A stretch of DNA of 64,000 bases from Ostrea edulis (Eukaryota), in NCBI RefSeq assembly GCF_947568905.1, contig NC_079167.1:33170001-33234000 (forward strand). Direction: 5' to 3'. The number at the start of each line of letters is the position of its first letter. Within the stretch, counting starts at the first letter, position 1. The notes below the pieces were generated by a model. The model searched no databases. It was not told where the DNA came from and was given only the letters and a program-made list of their open reading frames with translations. A program made the translations under genes and the position numbers. Positions 52,301 to 61,600 of this stretch are shown here, piece by piece.

Positions 52301-54115
52301 AATTATCGCCACTAACACTTTCATTTTATAACGCATAGTTTGGCGGTGATCTTCTTTAGTAGGCCCTCTGAATTAATTATTATACCCAATCTGTCAACAT
52401 GCAGGGTCGAGTGTGTAGGTTAATTAATAAAACCCAAGTTGTTGTTTATTTAACAAAATCAAGGATCAGGGAATCAAGGCATGTGTATTTGAAGGTGTGA
52501 ATTTCGACAAACTTTAAGAAGTGCCGGGTACGCTAGATCGGAAATGAAAATCTACCACTTGTTATACTACTATGTGAAAAATTTGCCCGATTGCTATATA
52601 AATCAGGTAAATATTGTGCTTAGGACTGAAATTTTCAACGGAGTATTCGCAGTTTTCCTGCATGAGATACTCAAGGTTTCTAGAATAATGACCGGAACTA
52701 GCGGCTCACTTCGACATGTCCCGAGTATTTGACACGTCTGAGTTCAAGAAAGTTGCCTGCATTAGTTCTAAGCTTTAAAGATTTGCTGTGCATGTACAAT
52801 GGATATTGTGATTTATTTAATGTTTCTCAAATTGAATAACATATTTCCAGCATGTATTGTACAAAAGGAGACACATTAACACTTCATCATTTGCTTTCTT
52901 ACCACAAGCATTGCATTTTTTAGTTACACTGTACAAGTAGGCTATACATAAATACCCTTTACAACAAAGTGTTTATAAGTTTTAGAAAATTTACATGCAG
53001 TTCATAAATGAGATTTAAATCTCATGTAAATGTGTAATATGAAATGCATGTTTATCATTCTTAAACAGATTAAAATGTAATGAATAATAAATTATGATAC
53101 AACATTCTAGATTTTTAACTACAGTGTATTATTAATTTTATTTTACAACTATTTAAACCGTACTTGATATTCTTAATGATAAATTCCAAATACATGTAGT
53201 CATTTTCTCCATTGTACAAATTATTCGCAAAATTTTATCCATTAACTGTGGAAAATAGGCAACCTGTATTAAGAGACCACCTGTCATATGTGACCTTTTT
53301 TCCATTCTCCGTTGGACAGTCTCTTAATACAGGTTTGACTGTATTGTATATATCGAAGAATTGTTCTTGTGTTTAAAGTTTTACATCATATGACACCAGA
53401 GCATTTGAATGTTTTTAGAATTGTGAAGGAGGTAAACACAAGAAATACAAGACAGAGCTCTAATAATTCTATTTATGTTACAAGAGCCAAAACAAAATAT
53501 TGTACAAGATCTTTTATCATTACAGCAGCAATTTTATCGAACTCGCTACCAGATTTTATTAGAAAATGCACATAATGGGGAAAAAAAGATTTTCACGTTA
53601 AAAAATCCTTCCGCCACGAAATGTAGTACAGATGTACTCTCATGACCCTTTCTAAATTTGAATTGACATAGTATAGAACAATAACCTGTGTGTTTAAAAG
53701 CTGAAGAGCTAACTACCTTAAATGAAAATATTATTATACACCACAGTGAAATGCAATACTTAATTGAGGTCGTATCATATCTAAGGTCAAGGTTACAATG
53801 AGTGCTACATGTATTCTTTCAATATTTTAAAGATTCAATGCGTAATTACATGTATGCTAAGATTTCTATATATTCTTTACTTTTCAATGTGTACATTACA
53901 TATATGCTAAGATTTCTATATTCTTTACTTTTCAATGTGTACATTACATATATGCTAAGATTTCTATATTCTTTACTTTTCAATGTGTACATTACATATA
54001 TGCTAAGATTTCTATATTCTTTACTTTTTAATTGAATGTGTAATTACATGTATGCTAAGATTTCTATATTCTTTACTTTTCAGGCCACACAAAGAGAACA
54101 TGTCCTCACAAATGA
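8484..54115 (+). CDS. TOP3A: DNA topoisomerase III alpha, 36 coding exons, 1113 aa
   Basis: Exons: 8484-8636, 10604-10737, 11026-11101, 13061-13169, 14386-14437, 15532-15623, 28502-28672, 29001-29049, 29833-29887, 29979-30053, 31443-31623, 33419-33525, 34564-34674, 34896-34970, 35551-35601, 35723-35801, 36061-36174, 36562-36631, 38859-38887, 40254-40379, 40493-40577, 41246-41345, 42424-42488, 42616-42680, 43064-43327, 46494-46605, 46716-46775, 47617-47720, 49025-49058, 49161-49226, 49833-49936, 50322-50355, 50470-50535, 50655-50776, 51113-51232, 54084-54115. Total 3342 nt, all GT-AG, in frame. Motifs: TOPRIM VAEKNDAAK and IWTDCDREGENIG; catalytic GFISYPRTET; AHPPIHP; GIGTDAT; C4 zinc ribbon; four GRF fingers; terminal CCHC knuckle CGLCGEEGHTKRTC. 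Confidence 0.97.
9487..10220. mobile_element. hAT-like MITE with 5-bp target duplication (GGTTT)
   Basis: Ends CAGAGCTCCAGATAA / TTATCTGGAGCTCGG; GGTTT flanks both sides. Confidence 0.65.
10803..11025. repeat. 74-bp tandem repeat, about 3 copies, ending in the TOP3A exon 3 acceptor
   Basis: Unit starts near 10804, 10878 and 10952; the last unit ends gtttgtttcgcag. Confidence 0.85.
12544..12946. mobile_element. Degenerate hAT-like MITE
   Basis: Ends CAGGGATTTTTT / AAAAAGCCCTG; no target duplication recognisable. Confidence 0.4.
14786..14928. mobile_element. Short Tc1/mariner-type MITE with TA flanks
   Basis: ta|gtgtggtatcatt...ctgattccacag|ta, with internal TTCGTGG/CCACGAA inverted motifs. 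Confidence 0.55.
16170..17496. mobile_element. Helentron/HINE-type non-autonomous element (second family)
   Basis: Starts tttagctctcttgagc...gagcttttt and ends gtgagcaatgtcgcacaagggcctcttgtt. The same terminus recurs at 51806-51835. Internal degenerate tandem repeats. Confidence 0.6.
17799..18569 (-). mobile_element. HINE, same structural type as 1060-1865, reverse orientation, with internal tandem repeats and a (gtcg)n microsatellite
   Basis: ttttt-ATGCCCCCC hairpin at the left end; GGGGGGCAT...tctcttgtt at the right end; flanked by the 28-bp array on both sides. Confidence 0.7.
19654..23232 (+). CDS. Transposon ORF2: SAP domain + SWIM zinc finger + YqaJ/lambda-exonuclease-like PD-(D/E)xK nuclease, 517 aa, 7 exons
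   Basis: Exons 19654-19754, 20262-20437, 20901-21043, 21311-21530, 21695-21888, 22295-22363, 22582-23232 (1554 nt, in frame, GT-AG). SAP-like LTVVQLKKELACRNATTQGRKIDLVRRL; SWIM CECPAGKGPNGTCKH; YqaJ motifs RGQ..W...R..RITASNF, LGATPDG, IEVKCP, YYDQIQGQL. Confidence 0.88.
23247..23578. mobile_element. Harbinger-type MITE nested in the transposon's intergenic spacer
   Basis: tta|GGCCAATT...gatagattatcatc and gatgataatctac...AATTGGCC|tta; TTA duplication on both sides. Confidence 0.75.
24093..26731 (-). CDS. Transposase: THAP zinc finger + HTH + DDE (DDE_Tnp_4 / Harbinger-ISL2 type), 446 aa, 3 exons
   Basis: Exons 26731-26536, 25581-25444, 25099-24093 (1341 nt, in frame). THAP signature C-x4-C...FP...W...CHLHF...LKEDAVPSI spans exons 1-2. 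Catalytic residues are in ILDATEI, MADRGI and IHVERVIG. Confidence 0.9.
27178..27530. repeat. 28-bp minisatellite, right part; degenerate copies extend to about 28320
   Basis: Same unit as 15650-18954. Confidence 0.9.
29225..29540 (-). mobile_element. tRNA-derived SINE
   Basis: Reverse complement begins gctcaaaggtagagcattcgcttcgtaaccgggagatcgtgagttcgagccc (A-box and B-box like). It shares the core gtagtgattgctccttcgccaaac with the copy at 55200-55488. Confidence 0.7.
30054..31290. repeat. 32-bp minisatellite (agatatagggctacgtattgtatgtatatagt) starting at the exon 10 donor, interrupted by a MITE fragment
   Basis: Array read directly at 30054-30760 and about 31200-31290. Confidence 0.93.
30770..31195. 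mobile_element. Truncated Tc1/pogo-like MITE (left end only)
   Basis: ta|CCGTATATACTCGCCTATAAGTCGG..., closely matching the first ~430 bp of the element at 36699. Confidence 0.75.
31613..31885. repeat. 43-bp tandem repeat copying the exon 11 end and donor (cagctggggag|gtagat)
   Basis: Period from unit starts at 31613 and 31656; about 6 copies. Confidence 0.9.
32034..32207. mobile_element. 174-bp Tc1/mariner-type MITE
   Basis: ta|CAGTTAAACTTCATTATCTCGAA...TTCGAGATAACAAGGTTTGACTG|ta. Confidence 0.8.
33526..34545. repeat. About 33-bp degenerate minisatellite (acaccccatcatgtacacagatacacccctttt) resembling the exon 12 3' end
   Basis: Exon sequence atacaccccatcaaatacacagac matches the unit. Track ORFs 33978, 34205 and 34486 are largely translations of this array. 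Confidence 0.88.
34971..35470. repeat. About 22-24-bp minisatellite (aatggaatatcaagataggata) resembling the exon 14 donor atggaatgccaag|gtaagata
   Basis: Array begins at the donor; read directly. Confidence 0.88.
36699..38361. mobile_element. Tc1/pogo-like non-autonomous element with TA duplication; middle layer
   Basis: ta|CCGTATATACTCGCCTATAAGTCGG ... CCGACTTATAGCGAGTATATATGG|ta. Confidence 0.85.
37508..38328. mobile_element. 821-bp Mutator-like MITE with 96-bp TIRs and a perfect 10-bp target duplication; inner layer
   Basis: TIR is identical for the first 80 bp and has 2 mismatches in 96 bp. CCCAAAAATC is duplicated at 37498-37507 and 38329-38338. Confidence 0.9.
41452..41951. mobile_element. 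500-bp MITE with ISL2EU-like termini
   Basis: GGGCTGTTCCAGTAAAACAT...GGGGAAGGCA on the left and TGCCTTCCCC...ATGTTTAAATGCAACAGCCC on the right resemble the TIRs of the 8.2-kb element. Target duplication is not preserved. Confidence 0.6.
41953..42237. repeat. 37-bp minisatellite (gtgggcattcacatgtcacaatacataagctgttgat), about 8 copies
   Basis: Unit starts at 41953 and 41990. Confidence 0.95.
43311..43580. repeat. About 29-bp tandem repeat copying the exon 25 end and donor (ggaggggccaaatcaag|gtaaaaacaaca)
   Basis: Unit starts at 43311 and 43340; several copies keep aatcaaggtaaa. Confidence 0.88.
45200..46115. repeat. 34-bp minisatellite (gtcagatttctagtttatgacagtaatttatatt), about 26 copies
   Basis: Array read directly. 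Confidence 0.95.
47965..48207 (+). mobile_element. tRNA-derived SINE (second family)
   Basis: A box tggccgagtggttag; B box ggttcgaatccc; ends in aaacatcaatcaat. No complete cloverleaf. Confidence 0.75.
51285..51835. mobile_element. Partial HINE (same terminus as 16170-17496)
   Basis: Ends gtgagcgatgtggcccatgggcctcttgtt; internal degenerate tandem units (taggggatcaaagttttacat...). Confidence 0.55.
51836..53575 (+). mobile_element. 3' fragment of a CR1/L2-type LINE ORF2, split by a MITE
   Basis: PHFNYCCMVW...KRAARII before the MITE and FKVLHHMTPEHL...RNTRQS...RSF...NSLP after it resemble the post-RT C-terminus of CR1/L2 elements. Confidence 0.6.
51998..53341. mobile_element. 1344-bp Tc1/mariner-type non-autonomous element
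   Basis: ta|CAGTCAAAACTG ... CAGGTTTGACTG|ta; repeated subterminal GACCAC motifs; no coding capacity seen. Confidence 0.75.
53855..54083. repeat. 48-bp tandem repeat whose last copy supplies the acceptor of the final TOP3A exon
   Basis: Unit atgctaagatttctatattctttacttttcaatgtgtacattacatat; the final copy ends ttttcag|gccacac. Confidence 0.92.
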
Positions 54116-55199
54116 ATCCGAATTTTAGTTGAGCAAGAAAGTTATCTGTGATAAATTGTGTGATATATTCGTTAAATATGTCATTGTTGATGATTTGCAT
54201 TGTTGGCAGAATTGAGGTCAAGTTTTTAGAGAGTCAGAGACTGCATTTTATCTACAACTGAATGAGGTAATCTGCAGGGGAAAATGATATTAAATCATAT
54301 GTGCTTTTTGGAAAAACACTTCTGAAATAATACCGTATCGTATAACCAACATCAGAATGAGAAATATTGTTTTATTAGGGCTCCACCATATGTTGGGTGT
54401 CCTATAGTAATCGCTGTCTGTCTGTCCGTCCGCCAGCACTTTCAAATTTTATATGCAATACTTTTTAGAGTTATCAGCCTTGTTGTTATGTATTTATGGG
54501 ACTTATAATCATTTTTTTGATATTGATAAGATAATAGCACTTTCTATGACACACAATACCTTAACTAAGGATTGATACATAATAGTTATATTAGGCAGAG
54601 GATTTCATTTTTATTGGTTTTGTTGTTATAGATTACGGAATTTAGAACTTTTTGTGGGGTGGGGGTTTCTGACTTGTCAGTTTTTTAATCCATAGTAAAT
54701 TTTGTACTATTAGTTCAGTTTAATGTAAACATCGACAATCTCAAGTCAGTTGCTTTATGTAAATTTTATGCAAGAAGAAATTTACTCCTTATAGTTGTGC
54801 CTGTTCTATTCTACAAGCAAAGTCAATCATATGTATATTGTTTGAATGTGAAATATATGTATCTTGAAAATGTTGTGTCTCCTTTCTCTTGTGTTGACTT
54901 CAGAATCTTTCTGTTGACTGTTATCAGAATTATGAATTTGAATAAATGCACATTGCATTTTTGATTTTGTCAGATTTGTTTTAACATAACTGTACTTAAG
55001 TGCTTTCAATTCAATCAAAGGTTTCCTATGACCTTGTACCATTTCTGAAGAATAACTTTGTATTACAAGGTACATTAGAAGTCCATTTTTCACTCTACAA
55101 TTGCAATGACCTAAAGATATCTCATGCTCAAGGTCAGTTTAAATATTATAATATGATGGCTTAAGATATCCCGTGCTAAAGGTCAGTTTGAATATTACA

Positions 55200-55488
55200 G
55201 CATGACGGATTGTTCATTTCGTAACCAAGAGGTTGTGTGTTCTAGCCCCTCTTGTACCATGACCACGTCAAACACAAGATGTTAAGATCAGTAGTGATTG
55301 CTCCTTCGCCAAACCCTCTGGATTTTAGAAGTGAGAATCACGAGTCTTTCAGATATGATCTTAAAAATGGAGGTCCTGTGTTGCGACAGGTGTTGGCACG
55401 ATAAAGAACCTTCACTTCTAAATTTGTGGTGGTGACGTCTCAATACGAGTGGAAAATTCTTAGTGGGACATAAAAACAATCAACAAAT
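55200..55488 (+). mobile_element. Degenerate tRNA-derived SINE (same family as 29225-29540)
   Basis: Shared core tagtgattgctccttcgccaaac...tagaagtgagaatcac; tail taaaaacaatcaacaaat. Confidence 0.6.
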
Positions 55489-56523
55489 CTTAAAATGTCT
55501 GCGCCCTTTACAGGTCGAACTCGCTGGGATAAAAAGTTTGAACAAACATCCGATAACCATACTTATCAATGACCTAAGGCGAGAGATATCTACTTTGTTA
55601 TTTGGATCGTATGACTTGTTATTTTCCAATTCTAAATAGAATTGAAAATAAGTATGTCCTTGAAAAATTGTTGATTTGCTTATTAATGCACATTATCATT
55701 TTGGTAATGAGTAGGTAGATTGCTTTTTTTTTAGTCAAATGAGGAATTGCACATGAAGACATTTTTTTTCATCCTTCCAAAAACCAAGTATACTATGCAT
55801 TAATATTCAATGATGCTAAATTAAAAAAAACCACACCAAAAACCAGTCGACTTCCACTGCAAGTTTCAAAGCCATGACTTAAATAAACAATGTGGCATTT
55901 AGGTTTAAAGCATAAAACTGACAAATACAGAGCGAAAAACAATTTGTGTGAACTGAATTTTGATGAGACAGTAAATTTATAGCAAATGGATGCCCAAACA
56001 ACCTTTTTCTTTCTCTGATCAACTTGGAAATCATGGAATTATTGAGAGTGGATTTTGAAATTGCATGCTTTGCACTTATATCTTCTTGCTGTTTAATAAC
56101 ACCAAAAATTTTAAGAAAAAATGTTTTTATAGCTGATAATTTAATTTCTCTTGCCTAAAGATGTATGCAGGTTACGTTGATGCATGGACACCATATCAGA
56201 ATACTAAACGGTGAATGTTGCAGTTACATTAGTAACTCTATTAAATGCATGAACTGCAGATATTTGTGTGATGTTGCCTTCACCCAAGTATTACTTCCTA
56301 ATTAGGACAGGTTTAATCATCTTTAAAAACATGAATTGGGAACTAAATTTTATTGATATAATTTTTTAACAATAAGATTATAAATAAAATGATTCTAAGA
56401 GTTTATGTGCATGATATTCACGGTACGACACATTCACTCAGACAGGATACAGATGAGATGATGCATGCATACAATGTCCATAAATGTTTGCTATCACAGA
56501 ACTCGTAACACAGTGGGGGACTG

Positions 56524-57745
56524 CTATTTCCTCCGGCCGACTTGACCTTTTAGTTGCTTTAGTTCATTCTCGTGATAATGAGACACTGCTGTAGCTTCTG
56601 CTAACTGTAATATGAGATACAAGTTATATCAAAACAAGAAAATTTGCTAACTGTAATATGAGATACAAGTTATATCAAAACAAGAAAATTCATCTTAAAG
56701 TACACGAATATTCCACTAACTGTAATACGAGATACAAGTTATCCAAACAAGAAAATCCGCTAACTGTAATACGAGATACAAGTTATATCGAAACCAGAAA
56801 ATTCATCTAAAAGTACAGGTCTCTTGTATGTACCATTGATAAGTTTCATTCAACTGAACATAACTTGTATGTACCATTGATTAGTTTCATTCAACTGAAC
56901 ATATCTTTGGAATAGTTTTAAGATTTGGGTTCAGCATGTGTCCTTACCATGTCTAAAAGGACATCTATTTTTAGTTTGAGTAGATTGTTTTCCTCGGAGA
57001 GAAGTTGATTCTGTTTGCGAAGTTTCATCACTTCCTTGTGACTGGCTCCCCCAGCGGAACTTTCTGTAAACATTCACAAACTCTCTGTAAACCACAATAT
57101 TTACATTCACAAATCAAACCCATTGATATTTCATTGTAATTCTTGATAAAAACAATGGAATAAACACGCAGAATGTTGCTATAAAATTTGACACGGCATT
57201 CAATGAACAGCAAGACCCCTCTAGAATTTAATTGCTATCGTAAAAATATAGAATGAACACGTCTCAAATATAGAACTGATCTCGGGAGTCCTGATCAGTC
57301 TAAGTCAGGACACCTATCCACTGCATTAACCATTATAAAAACAACTAATTATCAGCACAGTGGATTTTAAATTTACTTCAAATTAAGCTACAGTATATTT
57401 CTATATAAGTGATCTCAAATTAAATTAACAGACATTTTAATGCAAATAAAAAAAGTGAAGACGATGTTTGGGAATTTCAGTTTAGGTACAGTAAGTGAGT
57501 GGTTTTGTAAACTTACTGGTTGAGAATTTGCTACACCAAAAAAAAAAAAATTTCATACCTGCTACCCACATGCCATTGTCAAACTGAATTTCACTCCCTC
57601 CCAGCTTAAGTTTGACAGGACCAACATCTGGACCAAACTCCTCCCGCGTCTGAGTAGCATCAAGATGGAGATTGGAAAGAGAGTGTGATCGCCTCGGGGG
57701 TGTCTTCTTGGGAGAAAACTTGTTACCAAACAGTGACAGTGGCAT
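56524..57745 (-). CDS. CBY1: Protein chibby homolog 1, 127 aa, 3 coding exons (57745-57559, 57063-56948, 56604-56524)
   Basis: MPLSLFGNKFSPKKTPPRRSHSLSNLH...FDNGMWVA|ESS...KLRKQNQLLSEENNLLKLKIDVLLDM|LAEATAVSHYHENELKQL...* matches the Chibby SPKKTPPR and EENNLLKLK.D.LLDML motifs. GT-AG junctions are in phase. Confidence 0.92.
56601..56815. repeat. About 44-46-bp tandem repeat copying the CBY1 last-exon acceptor (ttacag|ttag on the - strand)
   Basis: ctaactgtaata recurs at 56601, 56647, 56716 and 56760. Confidence 0.85.
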
Positions 57746-59398
57746 CTCGGTGAGCTTACAATACAGGATTAAATCATTAAGATTCTTGAGTTTCATTATA
57801 CAAATACATAAAGCCTTGTAGCTTTGTGAAATAGTTACTGTTTTCTTTTCAAACATTATATATCAATATCAGTTTCTTCAACATCTTTCTCGCATACTGA
57901 GAATTGTACATTTTCAATAGTTATACCCATTTTTAATTCTGTTCTTACCGGGTATTCGACCATTTCCAATCAGCACAAGAGATGCATGAAATTATTTTCT
58001 AAATATAGATGCACTAAACTTGTAATAAAAATAGTATTTTGTTTTGTAAAAGCATCAATGACTTGAATTCATTGATAATTTTTGAAATGTCAATCCAGGT
58101 CTGTATATATTTTTTAACTTTGTCATATACTCAAAATTCAATGTAAAACAGTACATGTATCTAGAAGATAATTAATATGTCAATTATACTATTGAAAAAT
58201 GAAAAGTGCCGTGTTGCAATCTACACCGTGATATTTGACAAGCAATTACTATAAAGTGTATTGATCTGCACAATGTATATTAATGGTATTGATGCATGTA
58301 CAGTAGGTAATCAAATGTGTACCACTGACACCACAAGTAGAGCATACAAGTGGAATTAAGGTTTTTCGATGATATGCTTTGAATCAAGAGGATAAGTCCT
58401 TCTCATTGTTTTAAAGTTTGTTTTTTAAAACAATAACATAACATTGAAGGAACATGGTCTTATTTTGGAGTCACTACTCTAAATACTAGTAATTGTATGT
58501 CTAGTACTATTATATCGAATTCAGTGAAATTTGAGCTGGCTGTTGTAATATTTGAATCGATGCTTACTAATCCATTTTCAAAGTGCAAAAAGTTTACCAC
58601 CACTTTACTATTGATATTATGAAAACCACATAATTGAGTTAAAAATAAATATTCTAAAAATTCTTCTACAGTAGAGGTTTTTCTTTCCTTTACTTTAGAT
58701 TTGAGATTTGGCTATATTCCCTAATGCAAATATTTTAATGTTGAAATTTGTTGCTCATAAAATTTCCTATTCTCAGTGATTGATGTAATAAATGTGTTTC
58801 ATGGAACATGCAATGGCATTATCAAATAACCATTGCTAATTTGTTATAGATATCACATCGGTAATTATTTTCACGAAATATTACTATATTGGAGAAAAAT
58901 CAGTTTTTTACTTGATGCTAGATAACTTAGTCAGAAATATTCTATGTTACATGGCTCATCTGCTAACACCGGAAAAATAACACCCTACACAACATTTTGT
59001 TTTAATTACCCGCAAACAAGACTACCTTCAAATCCTGGTGTTTTCACATGTGTGTAAACATCCCAAGTGCACATCAGAAAAAGTAGCCTTGGCTGCCAAC
59101 ATAAAAAATTTCCTTTGTTACCAAGTTCATTTTGATTGGGCAAATATTGGTGTGATACCTTATATGGCAACTCAAAAGTGGCAAATTTATCAAAATTATC
59201 ATTATCCAGAAAGAATAAAAAAGAGCCCTGAAAATGTCACGAATTTAAAATTACTTTTATTGATGCATGTATAAAATCATAAATCAATATTTCTGCAATG
59301 GAGGTTCAGTTGATGTCGGCAGTGTAACACATGTATTAATTATCTATTGATATTCACTTTCATTGATGTTGAATATGATTTGTAAAGGAACCTTCATT

Positions 59399-59819
59399 AG
59401 GTTGGGAACACTTCCCTTATAGTGAGATCTTGCCTAAATGTGATAATCCATTTAGCGAGAAAATAAACATGACCATAAACAGGTGTTTTGATTGAATGGC
59501 AAATCCCATGAAATGTTGAATAAGTGCGACACACACTTAATGTTGCATGGATTGTCTATAAAATTGATAACACGGTTAAGATCGAAATTTCATACTACAG
59601 TTGCTGCGTAAGAGAGACAGACACTAAAATTCAATGGAAATCGGGAGTACTTTTGTTTTGGTTTATATATTTGCAGTAGTATTAGACATCTTAGCACAGT
59701 TTCTTTTTCACGCGAAACATGAATAGATGTACTCCTCAGGTGGGTTTTTTTCGGTTCGGGATTAATATACTCTCGCTAAAGAGGGATAATCCCATTTTAG
59801 CGAAATGATCTCACTATAG
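59399..59819. mobile_element. Third copy of the AGGTTGGGAACAC MITE, right TIR truncated
   Basis: Collinear with 7330-7783. Confidence 0.8.
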
Positions 59820-60242
59820 TAGATCTAGGGGAGGGGGGGGGGGGGGTCTCTTTATTTATGCATGTCCACTTCTCCAAAGAGAATATAGGTGTGAGACAGT
59901 GCGTGTGTTCCAAACCTGTTTATATAGATCTGTATATACATGTAGGTCCCCGACTTATAATCCATGTATCAAAATTCAGTAGCAAAGGATCAAACAATTG
60001 AAGGACTTATCCTTTCGATAATGAAAATGAAGCCGTAAATCAACATAACACTGTACCCATTGCACAGTCTTCTGCATAACTAGATTGAAAACAGAGGAAA
60101 ACATTAGTACAGTTTAAGAAAGCGTCCAAGGTCGACGTCAAATATTAACACTGAAGCAGTCTTAACAACATATTGTCAAAATTTCTATGGATATGTAAAA
60201 GCATACCTGTTCATGAATCAAATTAGAGAAATTTATACTCAC

Positions 60243-60310
60243 CTGTGACTTTCGTTGTTTATTTGTTTCTACTTGTTCAAGTCACACAGCGCCATCTGGA
60301 ATGCGTGTTT
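60243..60310 (-). other. Possible non-coding first exon of CBY1
   Basis: Strong donor cacag|gtgagt at 60243/60242 on the - strand, 2.5 kb upstream of the CBY1 ATG; CCAGATGGCG motif nearby. The 5' boundary is a guess. Confidence 0.35.
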
Positions 60311-61239
60311 GGTAAATCGCTCGCAGAAATGTCATTTGTATTATAGACTCATTCAATTCTTATTTGAATAATGAATTTTGAATCATTCTTCCTCTGCTTT
60401 TGAAAAAAAAAATCATTATTTTTCACTTTTTAGTGGATTGAGTAAAGCATAATATTCATACTCTGTATTCTACCATTTTGGTAGGAGTAGTATATGAACG
60501 AATTGTCGAATAAACAAATACAGTCATAACAGTGAATATTTGGATTTTAAGGTATGACTGTTGTTTTAGTGGTTATTATAATCTCTTATCATGATTTTAG
60601 TTAATTGGAATTGATTGATTTATATTTTTTCTTGCCGAAGCCAATTTTCATGCATAACAAACATCATGAACTTCCTTTTAGTTCAGTTTATATCAGTTAT
60701 CACTATCAGATAGTTCCTGGTTATGTACACATGTGAAGATATGACCAGTGATGACAGCCTTATCTTTCTTTTTTCATTTAATGGAAAGTGTGCTCTTTTA
60801 AATTAATGATTTTACTACTAATTTGACACTTTCACGCATTTTACATTAACTTCAGCTTTCTTAAGTCCCCTCCCCATCCCGTTTTCTGTTAATCAACTTA
60901 ATGATAATAACATGTATATATTAAAGCATAATTTCACTCTTAGAAAGAATGCTAACAAATTTTTAATTAGAATTTTACATGTAAATTCCATAGTAAAATA
61001 TTTAAGTCATCAACATTCACCAATATAGATAAAAGAGATCTGCACATTCATGATGAATATGATTAAATGTAGAAGCATAGTAGAAGGTTGCTGATGATCA
61101 CATATGAAATTTGGAAAGAAATTTAGCAAGATTTTCTAAAATATTAATTTAGTGGACACTTCAGCAAATTGATTTACAAAATATATATATCCTAAAGCAG
61201 TAAGAATTGCATAGATTGTAGGGAATTGCAGTTTTTGTA

Positions 61240-61600
61240 TGATGTGGATCCGATGACATGATTCAAATCCAATATTTACGGCTTCAATCCCTAGGTTTAA
61301 ATGAATCTAAAGTTCAATTTCTTCCCTGCTTTGGTACAAAATGTGAATACAGATTTATATCTCACCAGATCCACAGCTTCTTCCCGTAGATCACTATTAT
61401 CATTTGATTCATCGTCATTATCCTCATTGAAAAATTCTCTTAATCGAAGTCGCCTTGTATATTCTTTTATATCTCTTTAGTTCCTGGTTATTCATACGAG
61501 GTGTGGGTGTATATTTTAATCCTTTTAATAATAATTTAATCTCTGTTGCTGTCAATTTTCTGTCTGATAGATTGAACACTTTAGGATCTGTCTGTCTTGG
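61240..61600 (-). mobile_element. Degenerate Penelope-like retroelement ORF N-terminal fragment
   Basis: KVFNLSDRKLTATEIKLLLKGLKYTPTP, then after a frameshift DIKEYTRRLRLREFF...LVRYKS, resembles the NLS...L...E..LL.KGL.F.PTP motif that begins Penelope-like ORFs. Confidence 0.55.
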
